Assembly (NCBI RefSeq): GCF_006345805.1 | Contig: NC_043002.1 | Location: 47,554,001 to 47,618,000 of the forward strand | DNA from: Octopus sinensis | Taxonomy: Eukaryota | Length of the DNA: 64,000 nucleotides | Reading direction: 5' to 3' | Shown here: positions 1 through 13,440 of the stretch, one piece after another | How the letters are laid out: each line of letters opens with the position of its first letter | How positions within the stretch are numbered: the stretch's first letter is position 1 | Made by a program: the position numbers and the translations under genes | The notes under the pieces: generated by a model | What the model saw: only the letters and a program-made list of their open reading frames with translations | Database searches by the model: none | What the model was told of the DNA's origin: nothing

Positions 1-583
1 TCTCCCTCTCTATCTATCTATATATCTATCTATCTGTCCATCTATATATCTATTTATCTATGTACAAATAAATGCCAGAATAAAGCATGTAACATGGTTC
101 TAGTGTTTATACTCATATATTTGTATTATCAGCTTGACTGAAAGTGTCTCACACAGAAGTGCTTTTTTCATTTCATGAAACTTTAAATAAGACAAATTCG
201 AGTCAAACTTTCAGTATGTGTGCGCGTACACACACATATAGGTGCACACAGGGGTAACCCTCCACTTTATTGTAGCATAATGTTCATGAAAATCAGGAGT
301 TTCCTAATGTAAAATAAATTTTCTCAATGACTTCTAAGTTCATTAACCAACTTGTAACATGGAGGTCAATGGAAAATAAGTTTTGCATTCCTATATCATA
401 AAATTTTCAGGAGCACAAATGCTGATGGCATTTTTCAAACTTTGATTATATAAAGCACCAGGCAAAACTTGAAGTCCCCATTAAAATAAATTTCTAAATA
501 AATTTGACTCTAATTTTCATACTGAGTATTCTCACAATTTCCTCAAAAGACATACACACATGTATATATGTGTATGCATGTGG

Positions 584-627
<44 letters not shown>

Positions 628-675
628 GTATATATATACACATACCTACACATACATTATATATATATATACATC

Positions 676-1053
676 GAGCCACAATGAACCAGTGGTTAGG
701 GCAGCGGACTTGCAGTTATAATATCACAGTTTTGATTCCCAGACCGAGCACTGTCAGCGTTAACTGAGTGAAAACACCTACAGCTTCATGAGGCTCTGGC
801 AGTAGGTGGTGGCGAACCCTACTGCACTCTTTCACCACAACTTTCTCTCACTCTTTCTTCCTTTTTCTGTTGTACCTGTATTTCAAAGGGCCAGTCTTGT
901 CACACTCTGTGTCACACTGAATCTCCCCGAGAACTATGTTAATGGTATATGTGTCTGTGGAATACTCAGCCACTTGCATGTTAATTTCATGAGCAGGCTG
1001 TTCCTTTGATCGGATCAACTGGAACCTTCGTCATCATAACTGACAAAGTGCAC
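676..1053 (+). mobile_element. tRNA-head SINE (~380 bp)
   Basis: A-box-like AGTGGTTAGGGC and B-box-like GTTTGATTCCC at the 5' end, GC-richer body, flanked on both sides by (TA)/(CA) tracts. Boundaries approximate. Confidence 0.6.
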
Positions 1054-1133
1054 AATACGTACATACACACATACACATATACATATGCATACATATATAT
1101 ATATATATATATGTGTGTATGTATATGTGTGGG

Positions 1134-1189
<56 letters not shown>

Positions 1190-2307
1190 CAACCACCCCA
1201 TACACTTATATTTGTACTACATATGTTAAGCATAAACAATAAAGGCGATTATTCTTTATGGAAAATAATTGAATTTTGTATAGATCATTAAATGCTTGTT
1301 TTTTTTCTATCAAGAAATTTTCTAAATTAAATGGCATATTTTAAAAATGTATAAACTGTTTATTTATACAATTTAGTATAATTTAATTTAATAAAACAAT
1401 TTTATTTTAGCTAAGAATACATAAGAAAATGTTAGATAAAGAATCATTTAAGGTTTAGTTTTTATATAGGCATAAAAGCTTAAATTTATAGATTTATAGC
1501 TGATGGGAACTAGAAAGTTAAGGTCATATTTTTCCAAATAATTTTAACAGTGTAAATTAGGTTAAGAATTGAAATTAAGCCATGTGCCTAAAACATTAAT
1601 TAAAAATTAATTATAATTTTGAGAGAATAAATCACTTATGTTTTCTAGTTTTATAAATGATTTATAGGGCTACATTATAAAAAATATAATCATTGCAAGT
1701 TTTTGAGAGTTTAATTTTAGACAACAAATTTGTATCATTAGACAAGAAGATTAAAGCATTAAGCAAGTAGTAATAGCCAGTATTAAAGCTATATTTTAAG
1801 AAAATTGCAGTGATTTCATTGAGAAGATGGTATAATTTTATTTTTAAAAAAATTGAAAGTTTTAGAAAGGAAATTCTAAGAATACAGAGATTGAAGTTTT
1901 AGTGAGAAAACTAGAGGATTAAGTAGACAGAAGAAGGATGTAAGTCAAAGTGAATAAGCAGAAGAGGACATTTATTTGAGCTCAAAGAGCAGAAGATGGA
2001 AGAAAGTGGAATAATTTAGCAGCATTGAATGAAAGTCTGTTGGGTTTCCACTGTCAAGAAACAGGACTAGTAAAAATGGATCTTAATAATATAATAATGA
2101 TGTCAAATAATATAGGTATGTATTAAGTAATGTATTGCTTGCATTAACAAAACTGAGTTTAAAATATTAAGTTTGTTTTAAACATTTCATAACCATCATT
2201 TTATTATCATATGAATATTAATAAAAAGGAATGATAAATTGTTAAGTATGGCTGACACTGATAGTATAAGTAGTTTTGGCTTTTTGTATTTTTTCAGGTC
2301 GTCTTAC

Positions 2308-2520
2308 CACAAGGTCCTCTCTGCTTTAGAATGATAGGGAGTTCGTTTTGGCAGGCATCTTTCTGAAGTTGGCATTCATTGTCGTATGTTACTCCATCAC
2401 TCCCACATATAGGGCGCAGCACCGGCTCACAAGAGGTGGGACACACACACTCCGCTACCCCCTGTCGATTGATGTTGCATCTTTCGTACTTTCTGCACTT
2501 GTTCGCACAAGGGTTGGTGC
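2308..2520 (-). CDS. Internal exon encoding a follistatin-like/Kazal module (FOLN+Kazal), agrin-like extracellular matrix protein
   Basis: Translation (G)TNPCANKCRKYERCNINRQGVAECVCPTSCEPVLRPICGSDGVTYDNECQLQKDAC-QNELPIILKQRGPC has all 10 Cys and the CGSDGxTYxNxC signature. Minus-strand acceptor is ...gttttgtcAG (plus 2521-2522 ct) and donor is GTAAGA (plus 2303-2307 cttac). Length 213 nt with symmetric phase 1-1, typical of one-domain-per-exon modular proteins. Agrin is the best guess; other FS/Kazal-repeat proteins are not excluded. Confidence 0.9.
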
Positions 2521-3592
2521 CTGACAAAACGTAAGGCAACATACGTACAGTTATCATCATTACTGTGGTAACCAAATATGATAGAGAGATAGAGAGAGGA
2601 TGGGAGGAACTGAGGCAAGAAAATATATATAGATAGATAGAGGTTTTAGAATATAGAGAAAAGACAGAGTGTGTGGACAGGAAGTTTGATTGGGATGGAC
2701 ATATTTTTCAGGCAACAACATTTGGAATTAACACTAGTTGTAGTTGTAGACAAATTAAGCAAAGAGAAAGAAGGAAACTTATGGACCAACAGAAAGATAT
2801 CATTCCTGTAAGTCAAGTCTCCCTCTATACAGCTTAAGATTCTTTGGTTTTGGACATAAAAAGGAAAAATTGATATCTTTTTTTCATCTCTTCTTCTGCT
2901 TCTTAATAATGTTTACATATTTCATGAAGATTATTAATTTTAAAATTTTTAGCATTATTTTTCAGCAATAATTTTTCTTAAATATTAATGTTTTTTTTTT
3001 TCACCTATTGCAAAAATATGGACACATTTTCTAAAGGAGAAATTATGAGTTTTTGTAGAGTAGAGAGTAAAATGGAAGTAAAATAATGCGAGAATTAAAA
3101 GAAAACAAATCATTATTAATTATTATCATTCTCTGTATTTTAATTATGTATATACGTATGATTACATATATGTGTGTGTATGTGTGTGCAAGCATATTTA
3201 TATATACATTTATATATATATATATATATACTTACACATGCACATATATATACACACATACATACATATTTATGTGAATATACATTTACACATATTATAT
3301 ATATACACATATATATATATATATAAAGGAAATGTTTAACATTGTGTGCCACATTAAGAACTCAACCAATATAAGCTTCTTTCCGTCTGAAACTCTGCTC
3401 CAAAGTATCAGATTCCAAATTCTGGATTCTACTCCACTTGAAAACATTGCAAATGAAATAATGAAAATATTTAAAAAAAAGTAAGAGTTAAAAAATATCA
3501 AGGAAGGCTTGTAATCCAAACTATCCTGATTAATATTTCTGTCATAAAAATCCACATTATTTTCCTATACATGTATATACTGAATATATATA

Positions 3593-3623
<31 letters not shown>

Positions 3624-4249
3624 TTGTGTGTGTGCATGTGTGTGTGTATGCAAGAACAGGTTCGCACTTTATGTTTTGCACAAAAACTTAAGAATGCATT
3701 TTGATACTGGATAACACCTAATCATGTTTCATATGCATGTGTGCTTGAGAGAGAGAGAGTGGGAGGGAAAACAAGGCTGTCAATTTCACATTACAATTTC
3801 GTACAGTGTTTCGTGTTTTATTAGTTTTGATACTATATTCACAGCAATGCCCTGTTGTAGCATTGTACATGATAGAAGCTAGAAACTTTAGTTATTTCCA
3901 CATGCATACAAATGCTTTACTAAATATTGTAAGTGTTATGTATGATTTGGAATGTTTAAGGATAAAGGCTTTAATGATACTTTTATAATATCGTATTTAA
4001 TATTGAATAAAATTAGTGAATAAAAAATGGATTTTTCTGTGCGGAAGAGCTTGGTGTGTCTCAATCTATGTCTAAATGGTGTGAATAGTAAAAGAGTTGG
4101 TAACAGAGAGCTTTTTTCTCCATAATCAAGAAGACTGTCTGAATAATAATTTAGAAGTATAGCATGGTAGTGAGACACAGGGTGCTGAATGCATAAGCTT
4201 TGTGGTTGGAGGAGAGAAATTGTTTGAATATGATGCACTGATAGATGCA

Positions 4250-4400
4250 AAAATAGCTGTGTGGTTAAAAAGTTCACTTCATAACCACATGAATCCAGGT
4301 TCGATCTGTGGGACATCCTGGGCAAATGTTTTCTACCATAATCTTGGACTGACTCATGAGAGAAAATCTGGTAAGTAGAATCAATGGATAATGTGTGTGT
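4250..4400 (+). mobile_element. tRNA-head SINE, head portion (microsatellite-containing family)
   Basis: GTGTGGTTAAAAAGTTCACTTCATAACCACATG...GGTTCGATC...GGGCAAATGTTTTCTAC is homologous to the copies at 19.8, 21.9, 32.4 and 49.2 kb. Confidence 0.6.
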
Positions 4401-4977
4401 GTGTATGTGTGTGCATTTGCATGTTTCATATATACATTAATGTATACGATTCTTTTATAGTGTGCATATGCAATGTGGACTCTGGCAAACAATATACACA
4501 TCTGCATCTCAAAAGGACTTAGTTAATTACTGCTGTAGAAATAAATTGAATTTCTGAGTAAAACAAAAGCAAACCACCACTGTAATGAGACTTGAAACTC
4601 TTATGGACATATATGTTTCACAGGGCCACCAGAATTCAAAGTTGATTTGTGAGTTCCATCTGTTCATGATCTATTGCTTGTGCAATCTTCACATACAGAA
4701 AACAAGGAAGCTTAGAAAGAAACTGAGCATTAAAGAAATCAGCTTATGTGTGCAGGACAGACAGTCATACTACTGTGGACACCTAATGTGAATGAGAAAT
4801 ACTTACTGAAGAATAAAAATATGTTCTAATAAGGTAGACATAAAGAAAAGTTGTAAGGTCTGGTCTCAAGATTTGGGCCATTAAGGACATAAAGAAAGAA
4901 AATTAAGGAGAATGGGAATATATCGAAGTGTAGAGTTATCCAGTGTATGCTTGAATTGATAAATAGACATTTAAATT

Positions 4978-5058
4978 GTTATGATGACGATGAAGATGAC
5001 GATGAAGATGATGATGAAGATGATGATGACAGTGATGATGATGGTGATAATAATGAGG
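4978..5058. repeat. Imperfect (GAT)n trinucleotide tract
   Basis: gatgacgatgaagatgac... read directly. Confidence 0.85.
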
Positions 5059-5931
5059 ATTGTTTTTTCAGTTTAATTGAAAATATTTCTCAGTTTTGTG
5101 TTATATTTCAGAATAGTGTTAGATTGAACTAATAATATATAAGTTACCAAATTTTACATGCTGGTAAATGCTATCCTGCTGAATTGGTCATCTTTGGCAA
5201 CAATTCTGATACATTAGATGATGACTATTTTTTTTTAAAGATATCTTTAATGCAGTGGCAAAGTTTGAATTTGTAGATGTTGTACTTTGTACCCTGTGTC
5301 TTAAGATCTGTTAAAAATTCTTGCTAATTATAGTATTTGGGAGTGCTGGTAAGTTTGGTCACATATGTAGTTTAGTTTATATATTGCTTTATTAAATAAA
5401 CTGTGAAACCAAGGTCTTGTAAAGCTGTAAGAAACTGAAATTTGGGATTGAAAGTCCATTTCACACACAGACAAAAACACGTGCATGCTCCCATACATAA
5501 GTGTTTATCATTTATACATAATTTTTGATCACATGTATAAAAACACACAGAGATGTATACATAACAATTATGTATACATACATTTGCAGGATATTTATAA
5601 TTTTAAAAATATACCTAAATACTTATATGAGTATATATCTATATCTGTGTGAGTGTGTTCACCTTTCTCTTTCTTTCTTTTTCCTCAAATACATATATAT
5701 ATATATCAGTTATTGCATATGTGTGTTTGTCTGTGAAGTCACAAAGATTACAAAATGGTAATTGTAGTTTAATGCTGCTGGTCTTATTTAGATGACTGTA
5801 CTCAAATCTTCAATATTAAAGAAAACAGTTCCTAGTTACCACATGTAAGTCTTTTTTATTCTTGATTTGAGCATTTGTATGTTTTCGCTTAACAAAACAT
5901 GAAAAAACATGTATGTATGCATGTGTGTATA

Positions 5932-5991
<60 letters not shown>

Positions 5992-6044
5992 TAAGCAGAT
6001 ATATATATATACATACTTATATATAAAGATATATATAGATAAAT

Positions 6045-6085
<41 letters not shown>

Positions 6086-7029
6086 TGAACTCATCTTAAA
6101 GCTAAATATTGTATTGAGTGTGTATTAATTAAATATTAAAGCAATTTACATAAAATTTTATAATAATAAATTTTATTGTAGTTATTCATTAGCTTTTGGG
6201 AAATACTTTCATCATTGTACAACACATAAACAAGAATTGTAAAATTGATCTAAAAAGTAATTTCAACAGTTTGTTATATTCAACAGTTTAAACCTTTTAT
6301 CTTATTGTAGATATGTCAGCCTTTATAGGAAAATGAGCATCATAAAATATACTGTACAAATTTGAGTTGCATGAATTGGTAAAATATTTTAACGTTTGCG
6401 CTCAAATTTGTATCAATAAGTTAATTACAAATAAATGTGAGTTAATGAAATATCATTTTTTGTTAACTTAAATTCAGCAATAAAATTGTTGCTGACTAAA
6501 TATTAGTGAGAAAAAAGATTCATTACTAATAATACAGATATTTAATGTTCTTGTTTAAATTTACCTGACCATTAATTGAAAGAAAAGCCAAGTAAAATAT
6601 AGAATATTCCTATCCATTTAATCTCTTGTAAAGTATACCATAGTTTATTTGGATTAATGTGAATGAAGTAATATATTTCCTTAAGCACTCAAATGCAGTA
6701 TTTAACACTTAATTGAATATTTTTTCAGAATTTGGCAGCTGAATAAATGTATAATTATCAGTGAATGTTTACTCTGTTTTGGCATTAAATTTCTTTTCAA
6801 ATAATTTTCTTGGTCTCCATTGGCAATTAGAAGCTATAACTGTTAATATTCTTCATAATGGTTTTGACATTTTAAGCACAATTATCTAAATTTTATGTAC
6901 CTTATAATATTTATAATAATGTTTGGTATCTGCTAGAACATAAAATGTTTTGTGCTTTAAAATCAAGTATTTAAATTTGGTCTGAACTTATTTGATAATA
7001 CTGGGGCAAACCATTACAGTTGCAGACTG

Positions 7030-7045
7030 AGCATATATACATACA

Positions 7046-7118
<73 letters not shown>

Positions 7119-7187
7119 AATGTATGTATGTATGTATGTATGTATGTATGTATGTATGTATGTATGTATGTATGTATGTATGTATAA
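7030..7187. repeat. Compound (CA)n/(TA)n/(TATG)n microsatellite
   Basis: Read directly. Confidence 0.9.
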
Positions 7188-7634
7188 AATATTAACAATT
7201 GGGGTAGTGATTTTTATCAACTACTTCCATTTATATAGAAAGGCAAAACAGAATGTAGTTTCTGCAGAGGACCAGAGACCCAGTTCCTTAAATATCTACA
7301 ACCTATTGTACCATATAATACTTTCAAATACTGAGTAGGCAACTACATTTTAACCAGAACAGATGAAATAAAATCATACTCTAGAAATATACATGAAATC
7401 TTCTCAGACTGTACAATGTTAACACAGAATTTGTCTTCGACAGGCAATCAGATACATACTCACAGAACAAACTAAAAACTAAAGCACATATATGTATCAA
7501 TATGATCATCTTTATCAGCACTGGTATATCTTAGTTAAGTGTGAACTTATAAAAACTCACTTGGATTTTTCAACTCTGATGTTTGAGTATTAAATACACT
7601 CATGTTAACCACTTTATCACAAAAGAATATTACT

Positions 7635-7684
<50 letters not shown>

Positions 7685-8799
7685 TGTGTGTGTATGTGTA
7701 AACCAAAACCCCATTCATCTTAAAAGCTAAGAGTTGATAGCTACTGTTTTGGTACTCTTGAATAAATAAGACTCACTAGAACCAACATTCCTTCTGGTCA
7801 AACCAGTGGAAAGAACTGAAACCACAATTGCAAGCATGGAAGCACAGATACTTTAACAGTGCTATGGCTACTTACAGAAATCTACACTGCAATATGATAC
7901 CTACTTACAACAAGCTAATTAGGGCAATCATTGACTAAGTGTCTTAGACATGGATGCAACACAATGAAAGCGATACAAAAAGTAAACAAAATATTTATAC
8001 TAATTCTCTTGGGTACCATAATAACATGACTATTGCATTGTTTGCTTACCTGTTTGTCTGTTTATCAACCTTTCCCCACTCCTCTCTCTGTCACACATAT
8101 CTACACATATCTACACACCATGCACATACATTTTTATACAAACATATCAGATATACAAGTATACGATCACAAATGCATATGTACACACTCACACATGTGC
8201 ACATACACATGCGTATAGACACACACACACGTTTGTAGGGACATCGACCATTTAATTTTAGATGCTAAAATAGTGTTAGAAAAATTTAATTCCCAGAGAA
8301 TTTGATGTTATGATCATCATTCGTTACATGGATTCATTTGCAATTTAATCTAGACTACTTCACTGTTAAATAGCCCTAATAATAATAATATTGTTATGTA
8401 AAATATCTGAAAAAGCTATTAAAAAATCAGAGGCCTCTAAGAAACCACCCTTTTAGAAAACATCTAGCAATGCACTGAAACAAGGTGTTCAATGCCAATG
8501 TTTGTTGTATTTCACAGAATGTTGCTTATTTTTCTCTTTGCTACTAAAAGCTTGTGAGAGTGAAGAGAAACAATAATTTTCATTTGTCTGATATACAATA
8601 GAAGCTGGAGAACTAGGTGCAGTAAATACAGTTAGTGGATATTCATTTTTTTCCTTCTGAAATATGAAAGGATGCGGTTGCTTGGTTCTAAATTTTCCTT
8701 TAATCAATATAAGATGTCTATGCACACATACACAAGCACGCACACACACAAAATTTTTATTGATGAACAAAATTGTATTTTCAATAATAATCCTTTCTT

Positions 8800-9034
8800 A
8801 TTTTGGTACAAGGCCAGCAATTTTGGGGGTGGAAAAGTCAATTTATTTCGATTGCAGAGCTCAGTTGGTACATATTTCATTGATGCAAAAGGATGAAAGG
8901 CAAGGATGATGTCAGTGGGATTTGAACTGAGAACCTAAAGATGAACAAAATGCTGGTAAGCATTTTGTCTGTCATGTTAACCGTTTTGTCATCTAGCCAC
9001 CAAAATTAATTCCAATAATAAAATTATAATAATG

Positions 9035-9069
<35 letters not shown>

Positions 9070-9500
9070 TACTTCCAATATAATTGCAATACTTGAACTT
9101 AGTTGGGAGCAGCTTAGTTAATAAAATCAACACGAGTTCTTGATTTGGACTTTATTTTATTGAGCTGACAGGATGAAAAGCAATGATGATCTTGGCATGA
9201 TTTGAACTGAGAACTGGAACAATTATCACAAGGCATTTTTAAGATTTTAATGTATCTGCCCATTCACTACTCTAAATGTTCCAACAACCCTCTTACATAG
9301 ACACAAAATCTCAAATTTTGGGGAAAGGGAGTCATTAATTTAAACCAACGCCAGAACATGACTGGTACTTTAATATATATCAACTTTGGAAAGATGAAAG
9401 GTAAAGTGAACCTCAGAAGAATTTGAACCCAGAATGTAAAAAGCCAGAAGAAATACTGCTTTTTGTCATACATTTTAATGATTCTGCCAATCAAACACCC
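8800..9500 (-). mobile_element. Three head-to-tail degenerate copies of a tRNA-head SINE with (TAA)n tails
   Basis: GGATGAAA(A)GG/GC...GATTTGAAC(T/C)(G/C)AGAA recurs near 8890-8935, 9170-9215 and 9390-9435. On the minus strand this is a B-box (GTTCAAAT) followed by a CTTTCATC-containing central domain resembling the MetaSINE-type domain (inference). An (AAT)n tract lies at 9025-9068. Confidence 0.6.
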
Positions 9501-12500
9501 TTATAATAACTAATAATAATGATGATGATAATATGCAAATATTCAACTGCTAAAAGAAACTAAAATATATTTGGAACAAAGTTTAACTAAACCTACATTA
9601 ACTACATAAAAAGTAGTAAGTAATATAATTCAACCATTTTATAAAAACATAATGTTAAAATGAGAGTATTCATACTGTGGATATAATAAACAGTGTCTAG
9701 AGATAATCTTCTTTGCTTTAATGTAAAACAATTAACAGGTAAAAATGAGATAAAACAATGAAATAACACAGTAATTAATAGGAGTATATCACAAAATGTA
9801 CAAACCTATCGACTAACAGAAACTAGATATTGATAAGACTATGAATAGGCATTAGTTCTCATATGAGATTTAAGTTATCTCCAATGAAGAAAACCTGCAA
9901 GTAATATCTGGAATCCTCAGCTAGTGTTTTAAGGGAAATTGCAAAGAGATGACATGTGAAATCAAATTTTGTTGAGCCTCATACTGAACAAATAAATTAG
10001 TTCATTGGTTATAGCAGTTAGATGTTATATTAGCTTCATCATGAAGTAAATGCTCAATATTGAGATAACAGTAGCAACAGAAAGACAAATATTAAACACA
10101 TCAAAATGAAATAAAGAATTTATACAAAAGAATACACAAATAATGGATCTTAAAACTGGACATGTTCTACTCACTGAAGTGATTTGACAAAATTATTCAG
10201 TCATATAGTTTATCACAAAAGGTGTAACTGCTCAGATTGGGTTAAAGTAATAAATTTTAAACTTTTGCAATGGCAGCAAAGATTGAATATAAGGAGCATA
10301 TTCTAGAAGGATGTATCAGAAATGGCTACAGCAGTCATTAAACATATAAAATAGAGAGTATTCTATTTATTCTTAATAGACAGAATTTTGAGATGGATGG
10401 AATGGTTTTCCTGAACTGGAACCAATATTTCATGAGATGTCTGGCACGTTTTAGTAAGCTAACAATTGATAATTAGAATGTATAGCTAAAGCGGAAATTT
10501 AATTCAGGCAATAGCAGTTGAACTGTTACATAGAGTAAAAATATATTCTGGTCAAAATAATACTTAAATAAAAATCAATAAAACAACTTGGAATCTTGTT
10601 TTCCAATCATGTATAAATCAGATACTTAATAAAAATGATATTTTCTCTAAAACATTCAAGTAAAGAAGATCTATATGTGAAAGTTGGAATTTATTTTGTT
10701 AAAAATGTCAAGAATTTTAAAAGATTTGAGTCATTTCAACATGAAGTTGCAATAAATTTCCATTATTAGTAACTTAAAGAATCTGATATTCTTTATTCAA
10801 AGTATGACTATCGACTTTAGTCCTTTCTGTTTCCAAAATGAGATTCTACCTTAATTATCTTCTTCATATCAGACCTGTTTGTGCTAAATGACTAGGCTGA
10901 AGTACAATTTCAAATTCTGACACTATTTGTTAACCTAGTTCTTTCCATCTGGTCTTTGAATTTTGTTTTAGTAAATGGATGACACATTGTTAATCTCCAG
11001 CCAAATCTTAATGGAACTGGATTCTCATGAAACTTCTTAGAGGGAAGCCATGTGTATCAATATAGAAGAAACCAGTTGAACTAGATCCAGTTACAGCTGT
11101 TACATAAATCAAAATTAAATAATTTCACTCTCTTTTACTCAGTAGGGAACAATTACATGTATAAAACCTCCAGCTGGTAATAAAATCTACATAATTCTTG
11201 TTGAAAACATATCCAGTTTTATCAAAACACAATGAATGTATTTTATGAAAATCTTTCACAAAGATACACATAGTGATATTAAGTTCTCAAATTCATATTC
11301 CATTTCACCTCTAGTTTAAACACTACATCCTCAAATTATTATCAAATTATGTCCTGTCTCTTTCATGACTGTGGCAATGATAATTTCACCTTAAAATTGT
11401 TGACTGTGAATTCACTGCTTCAAACAATATTGATTTCTCTTGCTATTTTAGCAAGTACCTTTTTCAGCGGGGCATTTCTCTGGACTCCATCTCATGCCTA
11501 TGTTTCTCTCTTTAACTTATAACCTTCAAGACTTCACATTACTCATTAACTGTATTAAACTTTTGCATCTTTTGCCTATCTGTTAGTCATGGTGAGCGTG
11601 AAGATTCAAGGGTGTACCAGGCATTCAATTCAGATTGAATTAAAAAAATAATGTCTTAACTGAACCTAATATAACAACACAGTATTTTACAGGTCTATTA
11701 AATTTATGTATTAAAGTGAATTTTGAAAACATATCTTTTAAGTATGGTTGACATGCAGGGAATGCCATCATATATATCATATACAATCAGATATTGTGGA
11801 ATAAAACTGCATGAACATTAGTTAATGTTCTTTAGACAGTTATGTACATGAACGTATACTTGATTACTCAAACATAAAAATGTTACAGTATAGTAAGACG
11901 CAATAAAAAAAGTTTGATAGTTAATATTTTAAACTGGTGAATAAGAAAGACAACTTCAGATTGTCATTTTTATAATTATTCATGAGAGAAAAGTAGCTAC
12001 TGCATAATTTGTTGAAATATTAGCAACCAAATTGCTATGTAATCATGGGATTTTACATTTGCTTCCATAGACTTCAAAAAAATGCTGACAAATTAATTTC
12101 GTTTTGGATGTCGTTCACGTGATAATTGAACAGTCATATAAGAAAAAGCATATCTAATTATAAGGACATTAAAAAGTTAAAGTATATTCAGATATGTGGC
12201 AAAAGGAAAATGTTAACTTATGACAAATACTTTTTAAACTCATTTAACTCTGACTACATTCATAAATTTAGCAGGTGAGTTAGAAGAATTAACTACTTTT
12301 GTTTCAAATCTGGACTTATATAACTGATAATAGAATTTCTTACATAGACTACATAATTGGATCTAAAGAAGTTGCAGCATTCATGAATTTTTCAACAATT
12401 GCAATATTACAAGTGAAACGCGAAAATCTACCCTGTTGTCATTTGTTAATATCTTATCAGACTACCATAACACATATAGAAGACATGTACGACACTACAA

Positions 12501-12846
12501 ATCTTCTTGGAAGATTATGCAAAGATTAGGATGATTTTAATAAGAAACAAATACTAAAAGAATTGATAAACTTTTTAAAATCAAATGCATATTAGACAAT
12601 AGAAAAGTGACAATTTTTGCAGGGAAACTTTGTAAATAAATATACTTTATAAAATGTTTAATTAATATACCTCAGGTTAATGTCATGCTGAAGATTTTTA
12701 AAAAGAATGAAATAGTACCATACATGATTACCACTCACAAGAAATTTAAGAACTTCATAATAAGTAAAAAAAATAAATATGTGTATTCTATGCATCTTTT
12801 TCCTTACTTCTTAACTCCAAATTCCAACTTCTAAGTCCACCAAATA

Positions 12847-13440
12847 TTAGGTCGTCAAGTATGAAATTTTTAGAAAAGAAAAAAGTTTGCTAATGTATTA
12901 TAAATACAAGGAATAGATTTATTCATCAAAGTATGCACCCATATTGTCAATACACTTTTGCCATTTCAGCAGTAGCTTGTCCAGCCTAGAACTGTAAAAG
13001 CCTGGCAATCTAGAGTCAGTAAAATCTTGGAAGGCCTGTTTTACAGCATCGTTGGAATTAAATTTTTTTCTTATCAAAAAGTTATCCAAATTCTGGAAGA
13101 AGTAGTAGTCAGTGGGGGCAAGATCAGGTGAGTATGGAGGATGATGGAGAACTTCCAACTCCAACTCCTGTAGTTTCACCAATGTTTGGTGTTGTCTTGC
13201 AGTAAAATAGGAGTGGATCTGCTGACTAATCTGAGATGTTTTTTGTATGTTTCTGCATCATTTAGTCCAGTTGGCTGCAGTATACTTTATAAGGCACAAA
13301 ATGAGTTAGAATAAAGAAATAGTTGTGTCAGCTTTCAACCAAAAAAATAAAGATTGTCAAAATATAATAACGATGCAAAATGAGCAGCTGTCAAAGTTTA
13401 CCATATACCTTACTACCAAATTTCATACTTGATGACCTAA
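12847..13440 (-). mobile_element. Internally deleted mariner DNA transposon (594 bp) with transposase C-terminal fragment
   Basis: 23-bp TIRs TTAGGTCGTCAAGTATGAAATTT (12847-12869) and AAATTTCATACTTGATGACCTAA (13418-13440), 1 mismatch. TA on both sides (12845-46, 13441-42). ORF 12919-13182(-) has LHHPPYSPDLAPTDYYFF and W.KCI...GAYFDE, the mariner YSPDLAPxD motif. Confidence 0.92.

Noticed and set aside
4947-5132. Poly-Asp ORF
   Set aside because: It is simply the (GAT)n tract.
10830-11620. Possible ancient LINE RT remnants here and at about 24600-25600, 30230-30350 and 45730-46030
   Set aside because: The composition looks like decayed coding sequence, but I could not recover convincing motifs; a tBLASTn/HMM search would be needed.
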